A stretch of 64,000 nt of DNA. It comes from Myxococcota bacterium. Its GTDB lineage: Bacteria; Myxococcota_A; UBA796; UBA2385. The stretch covers positions 32,001 through 96,000 of the forward strand of contig JBIJDH010000016.1 in assembly GCA_044344255.1 (NCBI GenBank), in the 5' to 3' direction. The notes under the pieces were generated by a model. The model ran no database searches and was not told where the DNA came from. It worked only from the letters and a program-made list of their open reading frames with translations. Positions 49,476 through 61,200 of the stretch are shown in pieces. Each line of letters begins with the position of its first letter. Within the stretch, counting starts at the first letter, position 1. A program made the translations under genes and the position numbers.

Positions 49476-52010
49476 CTACAGCCGAGGATCGACCGGCTCG
49501 CTCTCGAGGGCCAGCACGCCGAAGGCGGCGGCGTGGACCCGCGCCAGCGGCTCGCCCTCGACGAAGCGGTGCAGCCCCTCGAGGCCGAGGAGGAATTCCT
49601 GCATCGCGAGGCGGCGCTTCCCGCCGAGACCGCGGCTCTTGAGGCGAGGGAGCTGGTTCGGCAGCGTATACTCGGGACCGTAGATGATGCGCAGATACTC
49701 CCGCCCGCGGCACTTCACCGCCGGCTGCACGAAGCCCTTCGGGCCGCGGTGGAGGAAGGCCTTGGGCTTGACGACCATGCCCTCTCCCCCTGCCGCGGTC
49801 ATCTCCTCCCACCAAGCGATGGCGCTGGCCACGGCGGCCTCATCGGCGAGCTGCACCGCCCTCCAGCGGGTGGGGAAGAGCGGGCCCGGGCGGGCGTCGC
49901 AGAGGCGGCTCGCCATCTCCATGTGCCAGGCGTGGTCCTTCCGGTCGTGGACCGCCCCCTCGCTGGCCAGCAGGTGAAAGGGCGCGAGCCGGAGGTCGAA
50001 CACGGACGAGACGGGCCAACAGTATCGCCTCCAGGCGGCCCGGTACCCCTCCACGGCCTGCAGGCGGGCCCGGGTCTGCTCCATCAGGGCGCCCACCTCC
50101 CGCCCCGCTCCCGCCGCCTGCGAGAGCGCCTCCACGGCGGCGCCGAGGGCCAGCGCGGCGGAGGTGCCGACGGGGGCGTACTGCTGGCGGAGGAGATCCT
50201 GGGCCTTCGCTGACCAGGGCATGAGCTCGCAGTCGAGGCACAGCCAGTCGGTGCGGAGCTCTGTCCAGAGCCCCGCCGCCTCGGCCGCCGCGCGCACCTC
50301 CTCGAGGAGGGCGGCCTCGAGGGCCCCGTCGTTGAAGAAGGGCCGGCCCGTGCGGGAGAGGATCCGGCCGCTCCCCGCCTCGACGCCGAAGCGGCGCCGG
50401 GCCGCGGCCTCATCGCGACAGACGACGACCACGGCGCGGCTCCCCATGTGCTTCTCTTCGCAGACCACCTCGTCGACCCCCTGGTCTCGGTAGTAGGAGA
50501 AGGCCTCCTCCGGGCGCTCGAGCCAGCCCTCTTTGCGGCTGGTCGCGCAGGGTGACATGGTGGGGGGGAGGTAGATGAGCCAACGGGGATCGGCGGAGAA
50601 GCGGCTCATCACCTCGAGGGCGGCGGCCGCCTCATCCTCGGGGACCGCCACCACGGGGCCCATGCGGGTGATGATGTGCTGGCGGCCGACCAGCGGCTCG
50701 AGGTCGAGCGCGGCGGCCGCTCGGAGGGGAGCCGGGGCCCGCGCCCCCGCCTGCAGGGGCCGGCTGGGCGCGTAATATTCGCGGGCCGCCTGCACGCTCC
50801 GGAGCTCCCGCTCGGGGTACCGCAGCGCGGTCAGCTTGCCGCCGAAGACACAGCCGGTGTCGACACAGACGGTGTTGTTGAGGTAGGCCGGCTCGGGCAT
50901 CGGCGTGTGCCCATAGACCACCAGCGCCTTCCCGCGGTAATTCACCGACCAGTCCTGTCGAACGGGGAGGCCGTATTCGTCAATCTCGCCGGTGGTGTCC
51001 CCGTAGAGGCAGAAGTCGCGGACGCGCCCCGAGGTGCGGCCCTGGTGCTGCGCCTTGATCCCGGCGTGGGCGACGGCGAGATCACCGCCGTCGAGCATGT
51101 AGTGGCTCACGAGGCCGCCGAGGAATTGGCGGACCTCATCCCGAAAGGCCGGGGTCTCCTGGGCGAGCTGGTCGAGCGACTCCTTCAGCCCGTGGTTGAC
51201 CTTCACTTCACGGCCGGACAGGGCCTTCACGAGCTTCACGTCGTGGTTCCCTGAGACACAGAGGGCCTCACCGGCAGCCACCATCCCCATCACCCGGCGC
51301 AGGACCGCCGGGACGGCGGGGCCGCGATCGACGAGGTCGCCGAGGAAGACGGCGCGTCGGCCCGCGGGGTGGCGCCGCAGGCCGCCCTCGCCCTCGGCGT
51401 AGCCCAGGCCCTCGAGCAGGGCCTCGAGCTCGTCGGCGCAGCCGTGGACATCGCCGATGATGTCGAAGGGGCCTCGCTCGTCGCGGCGGTTGACCCAGAG
51501 TCTCTCCCGCTCGATCTCCAGCGTGTCGGCCTCTTCGGGGCTGCGGAGGACGGTCACATAACGGACACCCTCCCGCTCCAGCTCCCGCAGCGAGCGGCGA
51601 AGGTTGGCGGTCTGGGCGTGGATGGCGCGGGGGCCGACTGTGCGGTCCGGGCGGGCGGCGTCGCGGTCAATGCAGACCTGGGGATCGACCGCGAGCACGA
51701 TCGCTGCGACGAAGACGTGCTGCCGGCGCGCGATCTCGAGGAGGGGCCGCCGCGCCTCGGGCTGGACGTTGGTGGCGTCGATCACCGTGAGGCGGCCGCC
51801 CTTCAGGCGCTCCTCGGTGATGTGATTGAGCAGCGCGAAGGCGGCGGGGGTGATGAGCTGGTCATTCGGGTCATCGGCCAGCATCTCGCGACAGGCGTCG
51901 CTCGACACGACCTCGGAGGCCTTGAAGAGGCGCCGCGCGAGGGTCGATTTTCCGGCGCCGGAGGGCCCGACGAGGAGGACGAGGCAGAGCTCGGGGAGGT
52001 TCAGGCGCAT
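49476..52010 (-). CDS. pnkp: Polynucleotide kinase-phosphatase-ligase (bacterial Pnkp)
   Basis: Kinase GPSGAGKS, metallophosphoesterase GDVHG/GDLVDRG/GNHD, ligase EEKHMGSR and EGMVVKP, and C-terminal LALESEPVDPRL. Confidence 0.97.
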   Translation of the reverse strand: MRLNLPELCLVLLVGPSGAGKSTLARRLFKASEVVSSDACREMLADDPNDQLITPAAFALLNHITEERLKGGRLTVIDATNVQPEARRPLLEIARRQHVFVAAIVLAVDPQVCIDRDAARPDRTVGPRAIHAQTANLRRSLRELEREGVRYVTVLRSPEEADTLEIERERLWVNRRDERGPFDIIGDVHGCADELEALLEGLGYAEGEGGLRRHPAGRRAVFLGDLVDRGPAVPAVLRRVMGMVAAGEALCVSGNHDVKLVKALSGREVKVNHGLKESLDQLAQETPAFRDEVRQFLGGLVSHYMLDGGDLAVAHAGIKAQHQGRTSGRVRDFCLYGDTTGEIDEYGLPVRQDWSVNYRGKALVVYGHTPMPEPAYLNNTVCVDTGCVFGGKLTALRYPERELRSVQAAREYYAPSRPLQAGARAPAPLRAAAALDLEPLVGRQHIITRMGPVVAVPEDEAAAALEVMSRFSADPRWLIYLPPTMSPCATSRKEGWLERPEEAFSYYRDQGVDEVVCEEKHMGSRAVVVVCRDEAAARRRFGVEAGSGRILSRTGRPFFNDGALEAALLEEVRAAAEAAGLWTELRTDWLCLDCELMPWSAKAQDLLRQQYAPVGTSAALALGAAVEALSQAAGAGREVGALMEQTRARLQAVEGYRAAWRRYCWPVSSVFDLRLAPFHLLASEGAVHDRKDHAWHMEMASRLCDARPGPLFPTRWRAVQLADEAAVASAIAWWEEMTAAGGEGMVVKPKAFLHRGPKGFVQPAVKCRGREYLRIIYGPEYTLPNQLPRLKSRGLGGKRRLAMQEFLLGLEGLHRFVEGEPLARVHAAAFGVLALESEPVDPRL

Positions 52011-53407
52011 CGGGTGAACACCGCCATCTGGGTCGGGGCGCCGAGCTCGGGGTGGGCCTCACCGATGCCGGAGTGGGCGACGGTGTAGCCGTGCTCCGCG
52101 CAGCGCCCTTCACACCAGGCCTGGAACTCGGCGCGGGTCCACTCGAAGCGGTGGTCTCCGTGGCGGAGCGTGCCCGGAGGGAGGCCGGCGAAGAGCGTGT
52201 TGTACTCGACGTTGGGCGTGGTGAGGAGGATCGTGGGCGGGCGGAGCGCCCCGAAGATCGCGGCAGAGAGGGAGGGGAGCCAGAAGGGCTCGAGGTGCTC
52301 GATCACCTCGACCATCACGAGGGCGTCGGCCCCCTCGAGGCGGGGGTCCCGATAGGGCGCGGAGCCTTGGAGCAGGCGCAGGCGGCCCGGCTCCCGGTCC
52401 TCGATCCGCTCGAGATCGAGGCGCCGGGCCGTGATCTGGAGCGTGCGCACCGAGACGTCGACGCCGGTGAGCCGCGTGAAACGAGGCTCCTGGACCAGGG
52501 CCTTGAGGAGCTTGCCCTCGCCGCAGCCCATGTCGATGACCGATCGGGCGCCGGCGGCCAGGAGCGCCTCCCTCACGGCGGCGATGCGCCGCTGGTCGAG
52601 CGAGAGGGGGCGCTCCATCGCCGACTCGCCTCGACCCCGCTCGATCTCCTCGGCCTCGGGATCGGCCTCCACCACGCCCTCTCCGGCGAGGCGGGACAGG
52701 ACCTCGCGCGAGAGGCTCCGCGCCGCCTTGCCGAGGAAGCGCTCGGTGATGAGCGTGCGCTCGGGGTGGTGCTCCAGCCAGCCCTGGCCGTGCCGGAGCA
52801 GCTTCTCGGCCTCCTCGCGGTCGACCCAGTAGTGTTTCTCGGCGTCGAGGACGGGGATCAGCACATAGAGGTGGTTGAGCAGGGCCGAGAGGCGGACGGT
52901 GGCCGACAGGGTGACCTTGGCCACCCGCGCCGCCCCCCAGTCGGGGCGGGTCTCGTCGAGGGCGGGGGCCTCGATCTGCAGCGTGTAGCCGAGCGGGGCG
53001 AAGAGGCGCTCGATCAGCGCTGGCCCGCCTCGACAGGGCAGGGCGGCGAGGGTGGCCACGAGCGGGATGGGCGTCGCGGCGAGGGTGGGTCGCTCTTTAC
53101 ACTCGCCGCTCATCGCGTTTCGGAGGACCTGCGCCATCGCCACCGCGAAGAAGCTGGAGGCGACATAGGGCCGATCATTGACATACTGCTGCAGCGCGAA
53201 ACCCTCACCCTCGTCTCGGCGGACGAGGCCGACGGGATCGATGTCGAGCAGGAGGGCCGCGGTGCAGCGCTCGGGGGTGGCCTCTGGATAAAATACGGTA
53301 GCAACGCCCCAGTTCAGGTCCCAGCTCTGTACGCGATCGGGGTGCTTGTAGAGCAGGTAGCCGAGGTCTGTGGCGGGTGTGTGGGTGGTGGTCAGCGTGA
53401 GCAGCAT
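52001..53407 (-). CDS. hen1: 3'-terminal RNA ribose 2'-O-methyltransferase Hen1
   Basis: ATDLGYLLYKHP, YVNDRPY, DMGCGEG, EVIEH, TTPN.EYN and RH.DHRFEW motifs. Overlaps pnkp. Confidence 0.97.
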   Translation of the reverse strand: MLLTLTTTHTPATDLGYLLYKHPDRVQSWDLNWGVATVFYPEATPERCTAALLLDIDPVGLVRRDEGEGFALQQYVNDRPYVASSFFAVAMAQVLRNAMSGECKERPTLAATPIPLVATLAALPCRGGPALIERLFAPLGYTLQIEAPALDETRPDWGAARVAKVTLSATVRLSALLNHLYVLIPVLDAEKHYWVDREEAEKLLRHGQGWLEHHPERTLITERFLGKAARSLSREVLSRLAGEGVVEADPEAEEIERGRGESAMERPLSLDQRRIAAVREALLAAGARSVIDMGCGEGKLLKALVQEPRFTRLTGVDVSVRTLQITARRLDLERIEDREPGRLRLLQGSAPYRDPRLEGADALVMVEVIEHLEPFWLPSLSAAIFGALRPPTILLTTPNVEYNTLFAGLPPGTLRHGDHRFEWTRAEFQAWCEGRCAEHGYTVAHSGIGEAHPELGAPTQMAVFTRCA

Positions 53408-53416
53408 CGCGGTGGC

Positions 53417-54478
53417 CTAACTCGGGCCCGCTCCGAGGCGCCGCAACATCCGAAAGTGGCTCCGCAGCGCGGCGGGGAAGCTGCCGCTGTGGAGGTAGGG
53501 GAGGCCGTGCTCGCGGGCGCAGGCGGCGACGATCGGCGCCAGGCGCGGCAGGTGGATGTGGCAGACATGAGGGAGCAAATGGTGCTCGATCTGGTGGTTG
53601 AGGCCGCCGGTCATCCAGGTGGACAGCGGGGTCGCCCCGAAGTTGGCCGTGGTGTGGAGCTGGTGATCCGACCAGGCGTAGGGGAGTCTCCCCTCCGAGC
53701 CCTCGGGATAGGCGACCCCCTCGACGCAGTGGGCCATCTGAAAGATCACCGCCAGCGTGACCCCCGCGCCGACGAGGCTCGCCGCATAGCCTGCGAGCGC
53801 GACGCCGACGCCGTGATCGGTGAGCAGGAGCGGGGCCACGACGAAGAGGCCGATGTGGAGCAGCTTGCCGCACAGGAGCTCGCAGCGCGCGGAGAGGGAG
53901 GCCGCGGCTCCGGTGATGGGGTCTCTCCAGGTGATCTGTTCGAGGTCCTTTCGATAGACCCAGTTGACGACCACGAGCGCATAGAGAAAGGGGGCGTAGA
54001 GGTGCTGGAGTCGGTGCCAGGGCCTGCGGGCTCCCGGGTGAAAGGCGAGCAGCGGCCCGGGATCGAGATCGGCGTCCGCGCCGGGCACGTTGGTCCAGCT
54101 GTGGTGGAGCCCATTGTGAGAGACCCGCCAGTTTCGCGAGGAGCAGCCGACCACGTCAAAGGTCCACGAGAAGAGCGTGTTGACCCAGCGGCGGCGCGAC
54201 AGGGCCCCGTGAACGGCGTCGTGGCCGACGTTGAGGGTCATCAGGGCCGCGGAGGCGCCGGTCAGGAGCCCCATCCCGAGCCAGGGCAGGGTCGGCAGGG
54301 GGAGGGCCAGCCAGAGGGTCCACATCAGGGCGAAGGTGCCGATCCAGGCTGCGATCTTCACCATCATCGCGCCGTTTGCGGTGGTGGGCTCCCCGCGCTC
54401 GGCGAAGTGGCGCTCCACCCGCGCGCGCAGGTCGGCGTGAAAGGCGGAGTGGGGGGCGAAGCGGGGGCGGGCGCTCAT
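53417..54478 (-). CDS. Membrane fatty acid desaturase (front-end/linoleoyl-CoA type, no cytochrome b5)
   Basis: His boxes HDAVH, HNGLHH and QIEHH. Confidence 0.93.
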   Translation of the reverse strand: MSARPRFAPHSAFHADLRARVERHFAERGEPTTANGAMMVKIAAWIGTFALMWTLWLALPLPTLPWLGMGLLTGASAALMTLNVGHDAVHGALSRRRWVNTLFSWTFDVVGCSSRNWRVSHNGLHHSWTNVPGADADLDPGPLLAFHPGARRPWHRLQHLYAPFLYALVVVNWVYRKDLEQITWRDPITGAAASLSARCELLCGKLLHIGLFVVAPLLLTDHGVGVALAGYAASLVGAGVTLAVIFQMAHCVEGVAYPEGSEGRLPYAWSDHQLHTTANFGATPLSTWMTGGLNHQIEHHLLPHVCHIHLPRLAPIVAACAREHGLPYLHSGSFPAALRSHFRMLRRLGAGPS

Positions 54479-55221
54479 GGGGCCTCGAGCGGTGGGGCGG
54501 CGGGGGCGGTGGCGGCGGTGGGGGCGCTCCGGAGGGCCTCGAGGCGCTCTCGGACCCGCTCCCGCAGCGCCTCCCGGCCCTCGGGCGTGTCGGGGCAAGG
54601 CGGGATGGCCTCTCCGACGCGGAGCTCCACTCTCCCCTGGCGACAGAGGGCTCGCCCGGGCGGCATGAGCTCAAACATGCCCACCACGGCGACGGGAACG
54701 ATGGGCACGCCCGCTCCCGCCGCGATGTGAAAGACCCCCTTTTTCAGCGGGCCCAGCCGCCCGTCCTTGGAGCGGGTGCCCTCCGGATAGACCACCACGC
54801 TCGTCCCGGCGCGGAGGCGCTCCACTACCGTCGCGCAGGCCTGCTTGGCGGCGGCGGGGTCGTCCCGTCGGATGAAGATCTGCCCCCAGTATCGAGCGGC
54901 GCGGCCATAGACCGGGTACCGCTGCGTCTCGGCCTTCTCGAGCCCGATGGTGCGCCCCGGGAGCAGGGAGAGGGCGAGGAAGTGATCAAAGAGCCCTTGG
55001 TGGCTCGACATGTAGAGGGTCGGGCGGTCGGCCGAGAGGCGCTCGCCGCCCACGAGCACGGCCTCGATCCCGAGGGCCTTGAAGAAGCGGCGGGTGAGGT
55101 CGATGACCCGCGGCGTGAGCTCCGCCGGGCTGTTGAAGCGGCTGGCGACGATGAACCAGAGCAGGAGGCGGGCGAGCGCGAGGTAACCGAGCCCGTTGCG
55201 GAGGAGGCCCGGCCGGCTCAT
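54475..55221 (-). CDS. Lysophospholipid acyltransferase (PlsC-like)
   Basis: SHQGLFD (HxxxxD), IFIRR, YPEGTRS and KKG.F..A motifs. 4-nt overlaps on both sides. Confidence 0.92.
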   Translation of the reverse strand: MSRPGLLRNGLGYLALARLLLWFIVASRFNSPAELTPRVIDLTRRFFKALGIEAVLVGGERLSADRPTLYMSSHQGLFDHFLALSLLPGRTIGLEKAETQRYPVYGRAARYWGQIFIRRDDPAAAKQACATVVERLRAGTSVVVYPEGTRSKDGRLGPLKKGVFHIAAGAGVPIVPVAVVGMFELMPPGRALCRQGRVELRVGEAIPPCPDTPEGREALRERVRERLEALRSAPTAATAPAAPPLEAP

Positions 55222-58200
55222 CGGGGGCCCCCGAAGCCTTCGATCGCCGCGAAGAGGGCCTCCACGACGGCGTCAACGTGGGGTGGGCGCAGCGTGTCGA
55301 AGTGGCCGCCGGGGATAGGCAGCACGCGCCCGAAGCGCGACTGGTGGTGGTTGACACAGGACGCCGTCGCGAGGAGGGCGGAGGGCCCCGAGAAGGTGTG
55401 CGAGGGGCGATGTGCGGCGCTCAGGCGCGCGTTCTCCAGCCACTGGCGCACCTCCTGGCCGACGGCGGCCTGGAGCTCGCGATCGGCGATCGAGGCCACC
55501 GCCGCCTCGATCGAGAGCGGACCGCGGCGCAGCAGGGCCAGCATCTCCCGGGTGTCGGCGGCGGGCAGGCGCTCGCGACAGACCGTGAGCAGCACGCCGA
55601 GCTCCGGGCCGTAGGGGCTGGCCGCGATCTCGGCGGGCTCTTCGTGGAGCTCGTCGATGGCGATGAAGCCGAGCACCGACCGCCCGGCCGCCTCGAGCTG
55701 CTCGGCCATCTCGCGGGCGACGGTGCCGCCGAAGCTGTAGCCGCCGAGGAGGAGGGGGCCCGCCGTGGCCTCCGCGGGCAGGGCGGCGATGTAGCGGGCG
55801 GCGAGCTCCCCTACCGAGGCCGCGGGGGCGAGCTGCTGGAGGCCGAAGAGGGAGCCTTGCCAGCGGTGGGCGAGGTCGAGGTAGCAGGAGAGGCCGCCGC
55901 CTGCGGGGTGCACGAGGATGAGCGGCGGCCCGCCGGACTCGCCTCCTCGGTGTAGGGTGACGAGGGCGGGATCGGGCAGCCGGGCGTCCGGGCGGGCGCG
56001 CACCCAGGCCGAGAGCGCGCGGACCGTCTTGTGCTCGGCGAGGGCGGTGACCGGCAGGTCGACCCCGAGGCGCTCGCGGAGGAGGTTGACGAGGTCGAGG
56101 GCCTCGATCGAGTCGAGGTCGACCTGCTCACCCACCGGGCGATCGGGATCGAGCTCCTTGCGGGTCACCTCGAAGAGGGCGAACAAGATGAGAGCCTCGA
56201 CCCCGGCGCTGTTCCCGCCGAGGGTCCCGCCAAGGGGCCCGCCGATGGGCCCGCCGATGGGAGGGCCGGCGGCGACCTCGGCCGCGGACTCGCCGGCGAC
56301 CCGCTCGACCACCAGGAGCGCGCCCTCCCGGTACCGCCGCGCGCACTCCCGTCGGCGCACCTTGCCGCTCGTGGTCTTGGGCAGCGAGCGCGGCTCGAGG
56401 AGCGAGAGCTCGGCCACCCGCACGCCCTCCGCCTTCATCACCTCGCGGCGCACCGCGGCGGCGATGCTGTCGGCCTCTCCGCGGGACAGGCGCCTCTCGC
56501 GGAGCTCGGCGACGAGCACCAAGCGCTCCCCCTCGGGGCCCTCGACGACGAAGGCGGCCGAGCAGCCCGGACGCAGCGCCTTGTGGGCGCCCTCTGCCGC
56601 CCGCTCTACGTCCACGGGGGCGATGTTGCGGCCGCGGAGGATGATGAGGTCCTTCGCGCGGCCGGTGATGAAGAGCTCGCCGTGGTGGAGGAAGCCGAGG
56701 TCTCCGGTGCGGAGGTAGGTCTCGCCCTCGCCTTCGCCCTCGCCTTCGATGCGCGCAGCGAAGGTGGCGGCGGACTCTTCGGGGCGCCCCCAGTAGCCGA
56801 GGGCGCGGCTGGGGCTCGACACCCAGATCTCTCCCACCTCATCGGGATCGGCGCGGTGGCGGGTCTCGGGGTGGATGATGGCGACCCGCACCGACTCGGG
56901 GGGCTTGCCGCAGCCGACCACCCGGGTGGTGCCGAAGCGGATGCGGCCCTCGAGCTGGAGGGCCACCTTGTCGAGGTGGAAGAGCCGGCTCCCGTTCATC
57001 GTGACGGCGACGACGTGCTCGGCGAGGCCGTAGGCCGGCTGGAAGGCGGCGGGGTCGAGGCCGGTGCTGGCGAAGGTGTGGGTGAAGTCCCGCACGGTCT
57101 CCCAGCTCACGGGCTCTCCCGCGCTCATCACCTGGCGGAGGGCGCTCCAGTCCCAACGGGCGCGCTGCTCGGGGGTGGAGCGCCGCGCGAGCAGGCGGTA
57201 GCCGAAGTCGGGGGAGGCGGTGGCGGTGGCCTTGTAGCGGTGGAGCATCTCCCCCCAGGAGGAGGGGTCGGCTAGGAAGGTGAGGGGAGAGGTGAAGACA
57301 TAGTGGGCGCCGCTGTAGAGCGCGTTGAAGATGCCGCCGATCAGCCCGAGGTCGTGGTACTGCGGCACCCAGCAGACGCCGACGGTGTCCCCGTCGATCT
57401 GCAGCGCCTGCGCCGCCACCCGAAGCTGGTGCATCAGGTTGCCGTGGCTGATCATCACCCCTTTGGGGTCAGCGGTGGAGCCGGACGTGAACTGGAGGAA
57501 GGCGAGGTCGTCGGGGCCGGGGTTCCAGGCGGGAAGGGGGCCCGAGGCGACGGCCGGCAGGTCGTCTGTGGTGTGCCAGGCGAGGTCCTTCGGCCACTTG
57601 AACAGAGAGAGCGGTGAGAAGATCGTGCCCACCTGGGTCATCCGCCGGTAGGGCCGCGTGCTGAGCGCGTGGCGGGCCCCGCTGGCGGTGGCGATGCTCC
57701 GGATCTTGTCGAGGTCGTACTTCAGGTTCGAGGGATCGGGCGGGTAGATGGGGACGGGCACGACCCCGGCGATGAGGCAGCCGAGCAGGCCGAGCACGAA
57801 GTCGACGCCCGGGAGGTAGACGAGGAGGGCCCGATCGCCCGGCGAGAGGCCCCAGCGGCCGCGCAGCGCCTCGGCGATGGCGCGCGACCGCTCCCAGACC
57901 TCGCCGTGGCGGAGGGCGGCCTCGGGCTCGAGCTTGGGGCCGAGGAAGGTGAGGGCGGGCCGCGTGCCGGCGACCTGGGCCTGATAAACGAGCACGTCGA
58001 GGATCGTGTGGCGCTCGCCCCAGGGCACCCGCGCCCCCGGCCGGTCCAGAGTGTAAGGCTGGACGACGGGGTACTCCTGGAGCCCGGCCATCACGCGGTT
58101 GGCGGCTTGGAGGCCGGTGACGACGGCGTCTTCGTGCAGGGTGAAGGCCCGGAGCCAGCTCCCGCAGAGGGTGGTCGAGCGCAGCCCCTGGCGGGCCTCG

Positions 58201-61200
58201 ATCTGACGCCGCAGGCGCACCACCTCGGGGGTCACCTTCACGTGCTCCATCGCCACCCGCCGCCCGCCCTTGGGCTGGAGGTCGCGGTTGTAGGCGTAGG
58301 TGGAGAACACGTCTGTCTGTCTGTCTTTGTTACACAGCGCCCACTTCGTGAAGTGAAAGGCCCGCTCGCGGCCGTGCACCTCGCCCTCGTCGGGGACGAT
58401 GGTGTTGCCGTGCGCCCAGCCAGCCCGATCGCGCGGCATCAGGCGGGGGTCCCTGTGGACCACGGCGGTGTCTACCGTGTGTTGAAAAGCGCCGAGCAGC
58501 GCGCGCTCTTCGGGGTCGACCGTGGCCCCCAAGACCTCGAGCGCCCGATGCGGGGCGACCGCGAGGATGAGCTCGTCCCAGTCCGCCTCCCGGCGGGGGT
58601 GCGCGGGCGCCCCCTCCCGCTCGGTCACGGGCTCCAACGAGAGGCGCACCCCGCGGGCGTCTCTCCGGAGGGCGGTGGCCCGGGTGCCGGTGTGAAACTC
58701 GACGCCGAGCTCGCTGAGGCGCTGGCGGAAACGGTCGATGTAGGCGCCGGAGCCCCGCTTCGCGCGGAGGACGGGCTCTCGGCCGGCGAGCACGACGGGG
58801 AGGTAACAATACCGGACGAGCTCCCGAATCGGGTAATCGAGGTAATAGTCGGCCGGGTGACCGACGAAGACGAAGATCATCGATCCGAGGAACCAGTAGT
58901 GGATGAAGGCCTCGGAGAAGCCCATCCGCTCGAAGTAGGCGCGGGCCGTGACGAAGTCGAGCTGCTCGTCCTCGAGCACGGCCCAGGGGTCGAAGCGGGC
59001 GGCCTCCTCGAGCACCGAGCGGTGGACGGTGATGTCCTCGATCCGGCGCCACCGCCGCTTACCGTCGAGCGAGAAGAAGGTCTCGGCCTCCTTGAAGCTC
59101 CCGAGCGCCTCGGTCTCGACGCCGAGCGTGTCCATCAATCGCAGCACGTTCGGATAGGCGCCGCCGGTGAAGGAGCCGAAGCCGGGGTCGACCGAGTGGC
59201 CGTCCTCGAGCTCGACGGACTGGGCGTGGCCGCCGAGGCGCGGCTTGTGTTCGATGACGGTGACGGCGTGGCCGTGCGTCGCGAGGGCGAGGGCCGCGGT
59301 GAGTCCGGAGGCGCCGCCGCCCACGATGGCCACCCGCCTCGGAGCGGCGCGCGGTGGAAAGAGGCGCGCGGTCGCCTGGTTGAGCTGATTTCGGAGGGCG
59401 GGTGAGCTGTCGTACACCGCGCGACGGGAGCGGTTCACGGCGCCCATCGGCGCGTGGGCCTGCGGGACATGGAAGAGGTGAAAGGAGAGCTGCTCGTCCC
59501 GCGCCCGGTCTTCGGGGGCGTTGATGGCCTGCGGGGGGATGTGCAGCGTCGCCACCACGCGCTCGGGGCCGGTCCATTGCACGCGCGGGTCTTCGATGGG
59601 GTCGCGGACGGGGTCGGTCTGCGGCTGGATGAGGAGGTCGAAGAGGACGTCGGAGGTCGCGCCGCGGAGGGCGGCCTCGAGCCGGCTCCGGAGGAAGCGG
59701 GGCTCGGACTCGTCCACCTTGACGGTGGCGCCCGGGGGCAGCGGGCGAGGCCGGAGGCGGTATTTCACGGCCCGGCCGGGGCCATAGCGGTAGGGGGTCT
59801 GGCTGTAGTAGGAGGCCGCGAGGAGATCGGGCACCACGAGCTCTTCGGCGTAGCGCAGCAGGTGCTCGAGCTTCATGAAGTCGAGGTCTTGTGGCACCAC
59901 GTCCCGCCCACGCCGCGTGGACAGGATGGGGACCACGTTGAGCAGGAGGTCTGCCAGCGTGTGGGTGGCGGCCTCCTCACCCCGGACGGGCGGCGCCTCG
60001 AGCAGCTTGAGGCCGACGCCGCGCACGTCGGGGTCGCGATCGTGGAACCAGCCGAGCTGCGGCTTGCCGAGGCTCGAGAAGCGCAGCAGGGCAGGGTAGG
60101 CGCGGCCGGGCTCGGCGAAGAGGCCCACCTGGAGCTCCTCTTCGAGGTCGGGGCGCACGACGAGGCGGGCGGAGACGACGCCGTGGGTCTTCGGGTGGCT
60201 GCCCCGGAGGGCCTTGCCGGCGAGGGGGGCCTCTGGCGCGCGGAAGTCGCGGATCTTCTTGTCGTACTGCTCGACGATGTGTCGACTGTCCTTGGCCTCC
60301 ACGCCGCGGTCGCGCTCGGCCTCCCGGGCGAGGCGGTGCTCGGTGAGCACGTCGTCGATGAAGGACTCGATCTGGGCGGCGACGACGGCGGGCGCGGCCT
60401 CGGCGACCCCCTGATCGGCCTCGGGCCAGCGCTCCACCCGAGGGTGGGGCAGGAAGCGGCGGAGGAGGCCAGGGTCAGCCGCCTCGGCCGGGACGCCGCG
60501 CGCGCCGGTGTAGAGCCAGAAGGTCGGTGTCTCGACCATCGGCACGGCGCCACCTTCGCGGGGCAAGACCATGTGTCGGGGGGCCCCCTCGCGGATCGCC
60601 GCCACCCGGCGGCCAAAGGCGGTCGGGCGGTCGACGTCCTGGGCGGTGAAGCGGCCCGGGGCCTCGGACCAGCTGAAGTTCTCCGCGTAGAGACGATGGA
60701 CGCGCTCCGCGTGGTCGCCCTCCTGCAGCGCGCGCGTCACGGCCAGGGCGCGGTCGGCGGCCCCTCGGTCGGCGGCCCAGAAGCTGGAGAGCAGGGCCTC
60801 GGCCTCGGGATCTCGGGCGGCGGCGCGACGGGGGAGGCTCGGATCGAGGAGATCGGCGACGTAGGCGGTGGCCTCGGCGAGGCGGACGGAGAGGCCCCGA
60901 TCAGCGGTGAAGCAGCCGGGGTGCAGGCTGTTGACGGCGAAGAGGGCACGGAGCGCCGCCGGGTCAGCGGCGGCGAGGCGGAGGGCGACCTCACCGCCAA
61001 AGCCGAGGCCGACCGCGACGGCCCGCTCGCGGGTCACCGCCCGGAGGATCGCCGCGCCGCGCTGGGCGAGGTCACTGAGGCGTGCGGAGCGGCCGGGGGC
61101 GTCGAGGCGGGGGACGAACAGCACGAAGAAGCGCGCCGCCAGGGCCTCGGCGAGGCCCCTCCCGAAGCCCTCCGGCTCGGGCGGGAGGCTGATCAGCAGC

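Noticed and set aside
45944..49482. 14-bp direct repeat CGGGCCGCTACAGC (45944-45957 and 49469-49482) flanking the vWA block as a possible target duplication
   Set aside because: Short GC-rich matches of this length are expected by chance in such a window. One copy overlaps the pnkp stop codon, and no mobility gene is associated.
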